Program-made: the position numbers and the translations under genes
Source: Diplonema japonicum
Lineage: Eukaryota > Protista > Euglenozoa: Diplonemea
NCBI GenBank assembly: GCA_964019335.1
Contig: OZ025705.1
Coordinates: forward strand, 62,001 to 126,000
Length of the DNA stretch: 64,000 bases
Reading direction: 5' to 3'
The notes under the pieces: generated by a model
What the model was told of the DNA's origin: nothing
What the model saw: only the letters and a program-made list of their open reading frames with translations
Database searches by the model: none
Shown here: piece after piece, positions 38,979-49,520 of the stretch
Position numbering within the stretch: the first letter of the stretch is position 1
Layout of the letters: the number at the start of each line of letters is the position of its first letter

Positions 38979-39651
38979 CATAGTATCCAGGGTTAACCGA
39001 TCACCCGCGGGTTTTTAATTACAATCGGGTTTTAAATTGACGTCAAATGAAAGGCGAGCATGCTTAAAACCCTTATATTCGTATCCCGGGCCCCCCAGAT
39101 ACACAAAGCCGACCCCATGGGAGCATCAAAACGACTTAGAAAAGGATTGTTTTCCTGAAAAGCTGGGTGGCGGTTTTTCTTCTTTTTTCTGTTTAAATAG
39201 GAGCGAAATCAAAAAATCAATAATTAGAACGGGAGGAGAGCGTGCAACCATACTTATAACCCTTGTATTCGTCTCCCAGACCTCCCAGATACACAAAGCC
39301 TGCATCGAAACGACTTAGAAGAAAAGGATTATTTTCCCTGTTTTTGGCTGGTTTTTAACTAGGCGCGAAAGTCAATAGAGAGCAGCTTTCTGAGCCAGCC
39401 ACCACGCTTCGATATCGAATGAGGTCGCCTCAAGGCTGTGGTCCTGGGCTATGGCCGAGTAGGACAGCCATTCCCCCTCTTACACGTCTGCAGAGGTAGG
39501 CTGTCGCGTACCGTCGAAATTACAAAAAACCGATCAAACCGATCCGAAATTACAAAAAAACCCATCATTAACCCGACAGTGATCGAAAATCTAAAATTGC
39601 TCGGGTCGGGTTTTAAAACCCGAAGGTGATCGGTTAACCCTGGATACTATG
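38979..39651. mobile_element. 673-bp non-autonomous TIR transposon
   Basis: Perfect 27-bp TIR CATAGTATCCAGGGTTAACCGATCACC; possible TTTATT target duplication; internal duplicated block. Confidence 0.88.
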
Positions 39652-40302
39652 TTTATTTATTATTATTTTTCTTTTTTTGTTTTCCCCCCGTCTCCTTTCT
39701 GCTTTCTACGGGTCTGGCCGAGAAAAAAAATAAATTCTGCGGGCACCCTGGTGACGGGAGGTGTGTAAAAAAGCTCTCTGGTAAAAAAGAAAAAAAAATG
39801 GGGTAAAATAGAGATAAATTCTCAGAGGAAGCTTTGCTCGGCAACACGAGGGGAGAGTGAGAAGAAGGAGCCGGAGATGCACATTAGAAGGTGGGAAAAA
39901 AAAAAGAAAAAGGGGGGGGGGGAAAAAAAGAAATGGAGAGAGAGAGAGAAGGGGGGAGGGGGGATATGGGAACTCTGGGTATATGGTTCGTCCTCCCACC
40001 CACCCCTCTTCTTCTTTTTTTTTTTTTCCTTTTTTTTTTTTTTTTCATCTAACTTTTGTGCTCGCCCTCCTTTTCTCCTGCCCTCTGACCAACAAAATGG
40101 GAATAGGGATGTGAAACTCAAAAAAAAAAAAAAAAACTGGTGAAGACAAAAGAGTGTTGCCCTAGCAGCGCATAGAAAAGAAGAAACAAGTAAAAACGGA
40201 GGGGGGGGGGAGGGAGGGAGGGAAGGGGAAAAGTGCGTGTGATCTGAAAATAAAAGGGGGTGGGATTGGGGGGGGAAAAGAAAGAACATAAAAAAGGAAA
40301 GG

Positions 40303-40345
<43 letters not shown>

Positions 40346-41002
40346 ATTGGATACCTAATGTAGATTTCAAAAAACAAGTGTCGTTTTCCGGAAAAATCAA
40401 TGGAAATTTAAAAAACAAGCCAGTTCCCTGGATAAAAAAAAAAAATAATAATAATAAAAAAAAAAAAGGCCAGTGTTATACACCCAATACAGATTTGGTA
40501 TCTTATGTTTTCAAAAAATATTAAAAAAAAATTCAGAGGAACATAAAAAAAAATAAAATAAAAAAGAGGAGGGAAAAAAAAAAATAATTGGTTAATTGTT
40601 TTGGAGTGGAAAGAGAAAGTAATAATATAAAAAATAAAAATAAAAATACGGCACCCATGCGACCTCAGAAAAATCTTGTTAAATAAAGGGGATGGGGGGG
40701 GTGGCGTGGCGTGGCGTAAGAAGGTAAAGCGGCGATGTTGAGCCCTGCCCTTGCCTAGCTGCCCACATGCGCACAAACATTTAGTGCGCCAAAATTACCC
40801 CATTTACTGGCTTATTAAAGAATATACCGGACTGGTGAATATTTTGCACCGTAAAAAAGTCAATTTTGTAATCCCAAATCTGATACTTTGAGGGGGGTGG
40901 GGGTGGGAGTGGGGGGGATGAAAGAAAACAAAAAAAAAAGAAAACAAATCTTTCACAGAAAAAAATGGAATAAACAACCACCTACTGTGCAAATTTAAAT
41001 TT

Positions 41003-41038
<36 letters not shown>

Positions 41039-41170
41039 CCCCCTTTTCTTTTTTTTTTTCCCTTTTTTTTTCCCCTCCTTTTTTTTTTCCCCCCCAAAAA
41101 AAAAGGGGGGGAAAGCTACCGGTATAAAAAATAATAATAAAAAAATACAACTTTATTATCTTTTTATTTC

Positions 41171-42462
41171 ACAGTTTTATTTCCCTCGGCCTAAATTCTC
41201 AAAGAGCGAGGAAAGTAGCGTTTTTTTCCCCCCGGGCAAATAAACTTTTAAGCCAAATTTAACAGGGCGGGGAAATAAACTAACATAATTCTTCCAGCTC
41301 TTTTTTTTATCAAAGATGCCAAAAAGCAAGAAGGTCAAGCGCATGGAAGAGATCTATGAGTCAAACATATAAGAACCCTTCCTATGAAAAAGCGTGGACT
41401 GCGATACTGCGATGCTCGAGTCAGAGAACATAGCAGGGAAGCCGCGTGAGCAAGCTATCGTTACCTACTTCCAAAGCAGGAGGGAAGCCGGGCTCAAGGC
41501 ATCGAGCCTCTGGTGTCTTTACTCCAAATTGAAAGCTTGGCCTCGCTTGACGTCTTTGCCACTTTATCAAGTGACGAGGTTCAAGATTATATTGAACAAA
41601 AAAAAAGGGACCGCTACCGCCGCTATCGTTGCTTGCATGTTTAGCGGGGGCATGAGATCTTGCGAAGTGGTGTCGATGGAAATCAGCGACATTGTTAAGA
41701 ATCAAGTTGATGGGAGGTTTATCTGCACTGTAGCACGTTCAAAGACGGGTGGGCACACAAAATTCCACATGTCTGGCATTTATGCATCAGCAATGGACCA
41801 GTACTTGTTGCTACGACCTAAGAAAGAGACCAAGCGTCTGTCCCTTTAATGGAGAGAGGAACGCCCATTGGCAAAAACAAGGTATACAAACTGGGGTACG
41901 ATGTGGCATCCGTCATCGGAAAGCCCGCCAATGAGATATCCAAGTTTACGTCACGTTACGTGCTGCTGAAAACGGCGCATCTATCTCCATGATGCAATCA
42001 CATTTTGGATGGAGAAACAAGCATGCCAGAGCACAAGCAGTGCGCAACACATGGCAGGACTTTTGAGTCAAATACAGACCAGCCCAGGACCAGGAAGCCC
42101 AAGCCAGTCACAGGACGTCAACATCAATATCAACATCCGCACACGCCAGGAGTAGATAGTACCCACTCCACACCCCTTTTTTCTTTTCTTTTGCCATTTT
42201 TATTTTTTCATTCTACAAACAAGCGTGATAGTCCAGCGTTTTCCGGTCCACGTCCCGCTCTTTGAGAATTTAGGCCTCGGGAAAATAAACTGTAAACAAA
42301 ACGCCGTATTCCGGGGTAAAGTAGGGTTTACCTTTTCCCTCGACAGATTGCCCTGGCCCCTCGGAACCAATTTTTATTTTTTTGTTCGCTCGGTAAAAAT
42401 TATGTCCTCGGGAGCCACAATCTGTCTCGGGGAAATAAACCCTACTTTATTGCCCCGGAATA
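41171..42462 (+). mobile_element. Crypton-like tyrosine-recombinase DNA element, decayed
   Basis: Fragments SSLWCLYSKLK, SGGMRSCEV, ARSKT, PIGKNKV, KFTS, AAENGAS..SHFGWR; 21-bp perfect IR 41188-41208 / 42256-42276; hairpin 42307-42462. Confidence 0.8.
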
Positions 42463-43165
42463 AATAGTTATTTTTTTTTTTTTATTTTTTTTTACCATAT
42501 TGCATTTTTGAAGAAGAAGAAAAAAAAAAAGAAGAAAAGAAAACTGTATGATCTTTCTTTTTGTTTTCTTTCTTTTTTTCCCCCCCCTTTGGGTTTGGAC
42601 TGACCCTCTGCTGCGGCAGTTTAAACAACTTGTGAGTGATGGAAAACAATTAAGGGGGGGGGGGGGGGTTTTAAAGGCTTTTGTAGAAAAAACCAGTATC
42701 AGTGAACTACTTCGAGAAAAAAAAAAGAGAAAAACAAATCATTTTTCATATTTTTTTATTGTCATAATAAAGAAAGAATCCCTTTTTAACGATGCCTGCC
42801 TTTGTCATCTTTCGAAAAAAAATTCTTGCACCGAAAGCTTAAGAAAGAGACCGCAGAGCCAATCGAAAGGGAAGGGGGGGGGGGGGGGAGATTTTCACAT
42901 CGAAAAAAAAGGGGGGGGCTGAAGTGCGAGTGAGAAACCTGAAGCCGATAGCCGCATAAAAAAAAATCTTTTGTTTTTTGTGGGGGGGGGAAACTCTTTG
43001 AAGCACGGGTTTTGCATAAATGAAAGGAACAAAAAAAATAAAAGAGCCATAAATAAATAGAGAGAATAAAAAAACCGAGAGGAGTAGAAAAAGTATTTAA
43101 AAAAAAAAAAAAAAAAAAAATGGGGCTTTGATTGCAACACTAGGTGGCGTTAAGCGTGCAATGAA

Positions 43166-43446
43166 GCACGAACTACCTACTTGATTACAGGGGGCGCTCC
43201 CCGGCCGAGTTGTAGCTTCTTTTGCGTTCCGCGTCGTGTCCTTAATGCGTGCGGTGTGCTCAACCCTAGCCGGGGCGTCCCGGGTAACCAAGATTCTGCG
43301 CTCGTGCAGTTTGCTGCCTGTTCGTCACCCTGAGCATCTGCGTTACGTTCTTCCACTCGGGCGCTACCGGTGATGACCGACGAGGAGGTCAACAGCGAAC
43401 AACACATCTGATGTACTTCTTATATTTCCATGTTATCCCCACCACC
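43166..43446. mobile_element. Family A copy lacking the left end
   Basis: Similar to the 29951 copy; fused to a 35-bp motif (43119-43154) also seen at 27773-27806. Confidence 0.88.
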
Positions 43447-43977
43447 TTAAAAAAGGAAAGAGTGAAAATAATTAAGAATACATACTAAAAGTCAGGTATT
43501 TCTTTTTTTTTTTTTTTTTTAAACAAGAAGGAGATGGGGATGGGGAAGGAAAAAAGAACAATAAGAAAAAACCATATTTAGGTTATGCCCTTGACCCAAG
43601 TGTGAACTTAAAAAAAAATCTTTTTTTTTTCTTTTTTGGGACGTAGGGCCAAACAACGACAAACGTCTTCTTTGAAACCCCCTGTTAAAAAAAAAAAAAA
43701 AAAAAAGAGAGAATTATTAAAAATCCTTAAATCCTTTTTTCCGTCGCCCTCCCCCCTCACCCCCTTTTTTTTTTTTACCTCGGTGGTTTCTCAATTTACG
43801 TTTCCCACCTAATTCACTCATATAATAAAAAATCGTCACTGTAACCCCTCGTTCTCCCTTCTTTTTTTTTTTTGACCGTTGTCAGAGGGAAACAGAGTAC
43901 GAAGAGGAAGGGGGGAAGAAAGAAACAGCCATGTCACTATTTGGGGGGGGGGTATTTTTTTCGGGAAAAGCTGATCC

Positions 43978-44012
<35 letters not shown>

Positions 44013-44118
44013 AAAAAGTCCAGCCATCACCCGGCAAGCTTTGGCGCCCACAATGATCGGCGTTTTGGTTGTTACTTATCAGTACAGTGAATAAATAAAT
44101 AAAAAATAATAATAAGAA

Positions 44119-44154
<36 letters not shown>

Positions 44155-44662
44155 CCTCTCAATATCTCAAAGTGCCACATATACCTAGCGCCGGTCCAGG
44201 AGGTACTGCCGGCTGCAGGGGGGGAAAAAATTTTTTTTTTTTTCTTTCGGACATCTTTAGAGGTACGAGGCGTGGAAAAAAAAAAAAAAAAAAAAAAAAA
44301 GTATTCGATCTTTTAACGTCAAGGTGCCAAACGGCGCTCAGCACGACCACCACCTCGGCTCAAAAGTGAACCATAAAGTACATGGGGTATGGGTGTTGTA
44401 GTCAACAACAACACATTGGAGAGAGCTTTTAACCTGTACAGCGCCACCTCTCGAAAAAGAAAAAAGACGGTAGGGTTGGAGAGGACCAACCCTTGTTCTC
44501 TATATTTTTTTTTTTTTTTTTTTTCCCGAAAAAAAAATTTTTTTTAATCCCCTTCTTTCTTCCCCCACCCCCTCCTTTTCTCCTGCAAAAAAAAAAAAAA
44601 AAGAAAGAACGGGTGACCATAGTTTTTTTTTCGTATCGTAGAAGCGGGAAGTCTCTCTCTTT

Positions 44663-45022
44663 CTAAAGCAACCATTGAGGGTCTTGCAAAAGGTATTGCA
44701 GATTAACCGACTGCACCGAACTGACTAGTTGTTGCTGTGTTTCGACAAATTTGGTAGTCCTTTCCTGCTTGTTGATCCGACCAACGGTAGCATACATGGC
44801 TTTCAGTTTCTCTATACTTTCCCTGCTGGACGAACTGCCTTCACTGCTACCACTTCCCTCACTCGCATCACTCCAGCACTCGGACACCTCGGCACTCGAC
44901 CCCGAAGAGCACAATTTCTCACTTTCCACGAATTTCTTGTCCTCACCACCTTCCACTGCTGCCGCCCATGCAGAGCTGTAGGCTTCTTTAATCTTAAGGA
45001 TCTTGGCGCGTCTGGCGTCCAT
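44663..45022 (-). CDS. Hypothetical Ser-rich protein
   Basis: 119 aa, coding-like composition, long A-run directly before ATG. Confidence 0.6.
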   Translation of the reverse strand: MDARRAKILKIKEAYSSAWAAAVEGGEDKKFVESEKLCSSGSSAEVSECWSDASEGSGSSEGSSSSRESIEKLKAMYATVGRINKQERTTKFVETQQQLVSSVQSVNLQYLLQDPQWLL

Positions 45023-45485
45023 TTTTTTTTTTTTTTTAATCCAAAAATAATTAATATCCTGTGGGAATGTGTGTGGAAAAAGAAAAGAAAAAAAGAAAAA
45101 AAGAAAACGAAGAACAAAAAAAAGAAGAAAAAAAATTAAAAATATGCCATACTGTAAATCTCAGTATTTTCTTTCAAAAAAAAATAAATTAAAAAAAAAG
45201 AAAAAAAAAACGAATTAGTTATGAAAATTAAAAAAAGAAAAAAAGGCGTTAAGAACCTTTTTTTTTAAAAAAAAAATCGGGTTTGCAAAATTAAAAAAAA
45301 AAAAAAAAGTTCGTTTATTTAACATGTTGAAATTCGATTCTAAAGAAAATACTTATATTTCCTTCCTCGGTTGTAGCACTTTAAAAAAAAAAATCAGATC
45401 ACTTTCCCATTTTACAAGGCTGTAAAAATACAAAGTAAAAAATCTGACTTTTACTCCGAGCAATATTGTCGGGGGGGGTCTAAAT

Positions 45486-46361
45486 TCAACTTTTTCGCAT
45501 CATCCAGGATGCGAACGGTGCCTTCCGACGGCTTCCTTTTTTCGTTTCGGGGATAACGACATAAGGACGGGCAACCTCCTGCGAGAAAAGCCCCACCGCA
45601 CCGCGAACAGCACGCCTGTCCCACGACCCGTCCCTCTGCACCCCGAACCCTTGCACCGTAGAAGCAGAAGTGAAATCATGACCGGAAAGGATCCCCCCAA
45701 CACGCAATTTGGGCCACCAGTCACGTAAATCTTCCAATACAGCTTCAAAATCATGCCTGGCATCTACGTAAACGAAGTCCAAGCTGTTGTCAGGAACACG
45801 TTGGGACGCATCGTGTGACCAGTTCCGCATCACCACCAGCTTCTCTTTCCAGGGGTCCAGCCTTGTTAACATTGTTTCATACAAATGGTCCTGCCCGGCC
45901 TGATCAACGTTTGCGATATCCCTGTAGTTCTCCTGAGTCTCCCACACGTCGACAACCATGTACGTGCTGGCGCATTTCCAGTTCGTTAGTACCATAGCGC
46001 TGAACTCTCCTTGCTGGACTCCGATTTCAGCGCCGTGACGTTTTCCTTCCCTTTGAAGGATTTCGCCCAATTCCCATCTCCACCTTGGTCTGTACCCGAT
46101 AGGGATGACGGCGTCGTCGCGAGGGGGGTCCGAAGGTGGTGTTGGTGAGTTAGGTGATTGAGCCTTTTTCACCTTGGATGTCGTCTTGCCGTCTGCCATC
46201 CTTGCGCCGAGCAGCCTCACCGCCTCCCTCATTTCCTTCACCGTCTCGTCGTTCACACCCCCATCGATCCCCATGCCGAAGGAGAAGAGCAACACAAGCG
46301 ATATAACTATGTACAGCCTTTTCTGCTGGGACGACCCTTGGTGCTCCTTTTGAGACTCCAT
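45486..46361 (-). CDS. Type II membrane class I SAM-dependent methyltransferase (Methyltransf_24-like)
   Basis: N-terminal TM segment; GAEIGVQQG, LDFVYVDARHDFEAVLEDLRDWWPKLRVGGILSGHDF. Confidence 0.85.
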   Translation of the reverse strand: MESQKEHQGSSQQKRLYIVISLVLLFSFGMGIDGGVNDETVKEMREAVRLLGARMADGKTTSKVKKAQSPNSPTPPSDPPRDDAVIPIGYRPRWRWELGEILQREGKRHGAEIGVQQGEFSAMVLTNWKCASTYMVVDVWETQENYRDIANVDQAGQDHLYETMLTRLDPWKEKLVVMRNWSHDASQRVPDNSLDFVYVDARHDFEAVLEDLRDWWPKLRVGGILSGHDFTSASTVQGFGVQRDGSWDRRAVRGAVGLFSQEVARPYVVIPETKKGSRRKAPFASWMMRKS

Positions 46362-46411
46362 TTTTTTTTTTTTTTTTTTTTTTTGAAGAAAACCTGGAGA
46401 AAGCTCTGAAA

Positions 46412-46515
46412 GGTGTCTCGTACAGCTGATGACGGAGTCAGGTCACCGTGTCCGGGTGCGGAGACTCGCACATTGGATCATGTTCTCCTCGTCGTCATCG
46501 GGGGACGCTCTTTTT
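46412..46515 (+). ncRNA. Putative structured ncRNA (long hairpin followed by T5)
   Basis: Nested stems GGUGUCUC/GGGACGCU, CUGAUGACGG/UCGUCAUCGG, UCCGG/UUGGA, GUGCG/CGCAC; many G-U pairs that work only on the + strand. Confidence 0.4.
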
Positions 46516-46644
46516 GGCTTGCATTTAGAAAAGGAAAAAAAAAAAAAAAAAAGGGGAAAAAAAAAAAAAAAGAAAGAAAAAAAAACCATGATAATGGTTT
46601 TTTTTAATAGAATTTTTTTGCAGGTTTTTTTTTTTTGTGTCACG

Positions 46645-47118
46645 CTATTCGATGTTAAGCTGCTTAAGCAGTGCTGTGTCCAAAGATTTACGTGAGAAGT
46701 GTTTTTCGTGTAAAGTGCTCTTTGCAGGGTTTAAGTGATCGCCTTCCCATAAGAATGACTCCCCGTAGGAGGTTCTCATAGAGGCCATCATGGAGGCATG
46801 GGCATCGCGTACTGCTTGCTGCTCCTTAGCGTGGTTACCTACTTCGATTTGCTGTCTTTCTTGAGCTTCTTGCCTAGCGCGTTCCTTCTCCATTTTGTTC
46901 AACCTGTCTCTTTTTAGCTTCTGTTCGTAGCTGTCCCGTTCCTGTGCGTCTCGTTTCTCAAGATCTTCCTGTGCGACAGCGTGGTCTTCTTGTTGTTCCT
47001 GCCTCCTTTTGGTGCTTTCCTCCAGTTTGTTTTGTGTGCATTGATCCAAACTTTCCACTCTCTGCACGCAACCCCCTTTAAATCCGTTTCGCACTGCCCG
47101 CTGCAGATAACAGCTCAT
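46645..47118 (-). CDS. Hypothetical coiled-coil protein
   Basis: 157 aa, E/Q/R/K-rich helical ORF free of homopolymers. Confidence 0.65.
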   Translation of the reverse strand: MSCYLQRAVRNGFKGGCVQRVESLDQCTQNKLEESTKRRQEQQEDHAVAQEDLEKRDAQERDSYEQKLKRDRLNKMEKERARQEAQERQQIEVGNHAKEQQAVRDAHASMMASMRTSYGESFLWEGDHLNPAKSTLHEKHFSRKSLDTALLKQLNIE

Positions 47119-47263
47119 CTTTCCTTGTTATTTTTTTTCTTTTCTTCCTTTTAAAAGGAGATGAAGAGATTGAAGAGGGCGAAAAAAAAAAAAATTCGAT
47201 AAAGTCTCAGTGTGCATGGGGGTGCTCACTGTTCTGAAAAAAGGAAAAACAAAAAGGAGGGGT

Positions 47264-47298
<35 letters not shown>

Positions 47299-47585
47299 TA
47301 AACAAAATTACTTTTACTTTTTTTAATTCAGGAGGGGGCAAAAAAAATGTCAAATCCATTCTATCCCCACGGCGTATGTTAAAGATGGAGATGGTTGATC
47401 TCCCTTTTTTTTCTTTTTTTTTAAAATGCCTCCCTGTGGGGGGGGGGGGGGGGGAATAGAAAAAAAGAAAAACAACAGTTCGAGGTGGGAACTGTGTTCT
47501 ACTTTCGAAAAAAAAAGAAAAAAAAAAAACGTTTTTAAAAACCTATCTTCTTCTTCTTTTTTTTTTCTTTTTTTTTTTTGTCCCA

Positions 47586-48650
47586 CTACAACTTGGCGGC
47601 AACATAACTTCCATTCTCTCTTAGGACCTGAGCCGCCTGTGTCACCATGTTATCGATGATTTGCTTAGCGGGGAGCACTTCCTTAATACCACCGCAGGCC
47701 TGCCCGAACATCTGCGGGTATACCTGCGCAATGGACAACTTCTTCTTGTTTTTCTCCTCGTTGTAAAGGGGAATCTTCCCCTTGGAAACCGCTTCCCTGA
47801 TCTCGTCCTGTCTGTTCTCCTCCCAGTCTTTAACGTAAGGAGAAAGGAAGGTACGAACGGGCCTCCCGGAGTAGATAAGCGTTCTGACAGTGTCTCGGGA
47901 AGATGCGGAAACAAGAGATTCTCTGTGTCCTTTTTTGGCGCTGGCTTCGAGTGAAGCCACGAAGCGGGTACCTACCCAGACCGCTTTGGCACCAAGTGAG
48001 AGTGATGCTGCTATACCTCGTCCATCGTAAATTCCGCCTGCAGCGACAATGTGCACAGGACCGCCGTGAAGAGGGGATGTTTTCCCTTTAACAAGATCAA
48101 CACACTGAGGGATGAGGGGGAAGGTTGCAATGTCGCCAGAGTGGCCGCCAGCTTCCGTCCCTTGTGGGCAGATGAGATCGACACCTACGTCAAGAGCTTT
48201 TTGAACGTGTTTTGGATCGCCGATCATGTTCATTACTAGAACACCGCCGGCGTGTAGTTTTTCGACAGCCCACTTGGGTGGGACACCGATCGCGCACACG
48301 AAGAGCCTTGCCTTTTCCTTTACGATGATGTCGATGAGCTCCGGGAGGTGTCCCTTTGTGTAGTCGTAGTTCGTTTTTCTAGCGTTTCCGCCCACCTGTG
48401 GCCAGGCCAAATCGACGCCGAAACAGGTTTTGTCTCCCTTGATTCGTTCCTTAAGCATAGCGATTTCTTGACGAAGGACCTTGGGTGTCATTGTCAACCC
48501 ACCTATGGTGCCGATGCCCCCTGCGTTCGTCACCGCGGCTGCCAGTTCGTGAGTTGCAACGCCGAACATTCCTGCAAGAAGAATAGGATGGTTGATCCTG
48601 AGGAGGTCTGTCACCTCCGTGCGCACTACCTGGGGGGATGAGTCGGCCAT
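47586..48650 (-). CDS. Nitronate monooxygenase / 2-nitropropane dioxygenase family flavoprotein
   Basis: Start MADSS; HPILLAGM, QGTEAGGHSG, VAAGGIYDGRGIAASLSLGAKAVWVGTRF; C-terminal AKL (PTS1-like). Confidence 0.9.
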   Translation of the reverse strand: MADSSPQVVRTEVTDLLRINHPILLAGMFGVATHELAAAVTNAGGIGTIGGLTMTPKVLRQEIAMLKERIKGDKTCFGVDLAWPQVGGNARKTNYDYTKGHLPELIDIIVKEKARLFVCAIGVPPKWAVEKLHAGGVLVMNMIGDPKHVQKALDVGVDLICPQGTEAGGHSGDIATFPLIPQCVDLVKGKTSPLHGGPVHIVAAGGIYDGRGIAASLSLGAKAVWVGTRFVASLEASAKKGHRESLVSASSRDTVRTLIYSGRPVRTFLSPYVKDWEENRQDEIREAVSKGKIPLYNEEKNKKKLSIAQVYPQMFGQACGGIKEVLPAKQIIDNMVTQAAQVLRENGSYVAAKL

Positions 48651-48789
48651 TTTCTTTTTTTTTTTTTTTCTTTTGTTCCCTTTTTTTTTGATGATTATTT
48701 TGTGAAAGATTTTAATTTTAAAAAAAAAGTTGGGAGGGGGGGGGGGGGGAAGTGATTTTGTAAAAAAAAAAAAAAAAGGATAGTCATGC

Positions 48790-49133
48790 TCACATGCTGT
48801 TTCCAAGGTTTTGTTTTTTTTCCTTCGCCTCGAAAGATTCTTTCATCTGGAATTATTATTATTATTATTATTATTTTTTTGTTTTGCGTTGTTTACCTTG
48901 TTTTCAAACTGCTGTCTAAATTTTTTGTCGAATGCCTTCCGTGTGCGTATATACTCCAATACACATCGCCGCTCGCTTTCCGATAGTGTCGGCACGGTCT
49001 CCTCTTCAAAGCCAGGTTTCACGCACTTATCAAACGAGCCGTTCACTGTCTGCATGAGCGCCTCAATCTCGAATTTAGAATGCTCAACACCATGTGTTTC
49101 TTCGAAATATTTACCCGGAACGTAATTTCCCAT
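48790..49133 (-). CDS. Small Tim chaperone-like protein; possible intron 48847-48896 (otherwise stop at 48843)
   Basis: SFDKCVKP...LSESERRCVLEY resembles Tim8/9/10/13 with only the inner Cys pair. Splicing GTAAAC..(AAT)n..TTCCAG yields the tail MKESFEAKEKKQNLGNSM. Confidence 0.6.
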
Positions 49134-49520
49134 TTTTTTTTTTTTTTCCCTTTTGCTGCGACCCCATTTTTTTTTTTTTTTTTTTTCGCTTCGAACGAAA
49201 AAAAATTTTTTTAAAAAAAAAAAAGAGGGACCACTATCGGACGAAGCGTGTTTTTGGGGGGAAAAGAGTGTGAGGGGAAAACAAAACAAAAAAAGTAGGA
49301 GGGGGGGGGTTTGTTACTTAGTATAGGGTTGGATTTTCTTTTTTTTTTTTATTTTTTGGTTTTTATCGGGAAGTAAAAAAAAAAAAAAAAAAAAAACACT
49401 AAAAAAAATCTTCTGTTAAAAAAAAAAAAAAAAGAAAAAAAAAAACATATGAGGGAAGAAGATTTAAAAAAAAAAAGAGAAAAAAAAAAAGAAAAAAAAA
49501 AAAACCACCCTCCCCCCGTC

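Noticed and set aside
41171-42462. DIRS/VIPER retrotransposon or prophage integrase
   Set aside because: No RT/RNase H/gag or phage genes within the repeat boundaries.
46403-46437. Hammerhead ribozyme (GAAA...CUGAUGA)
   Set aside because: Only 14 nt separate the motifs, too few for stems I and III plus the cleavage site.
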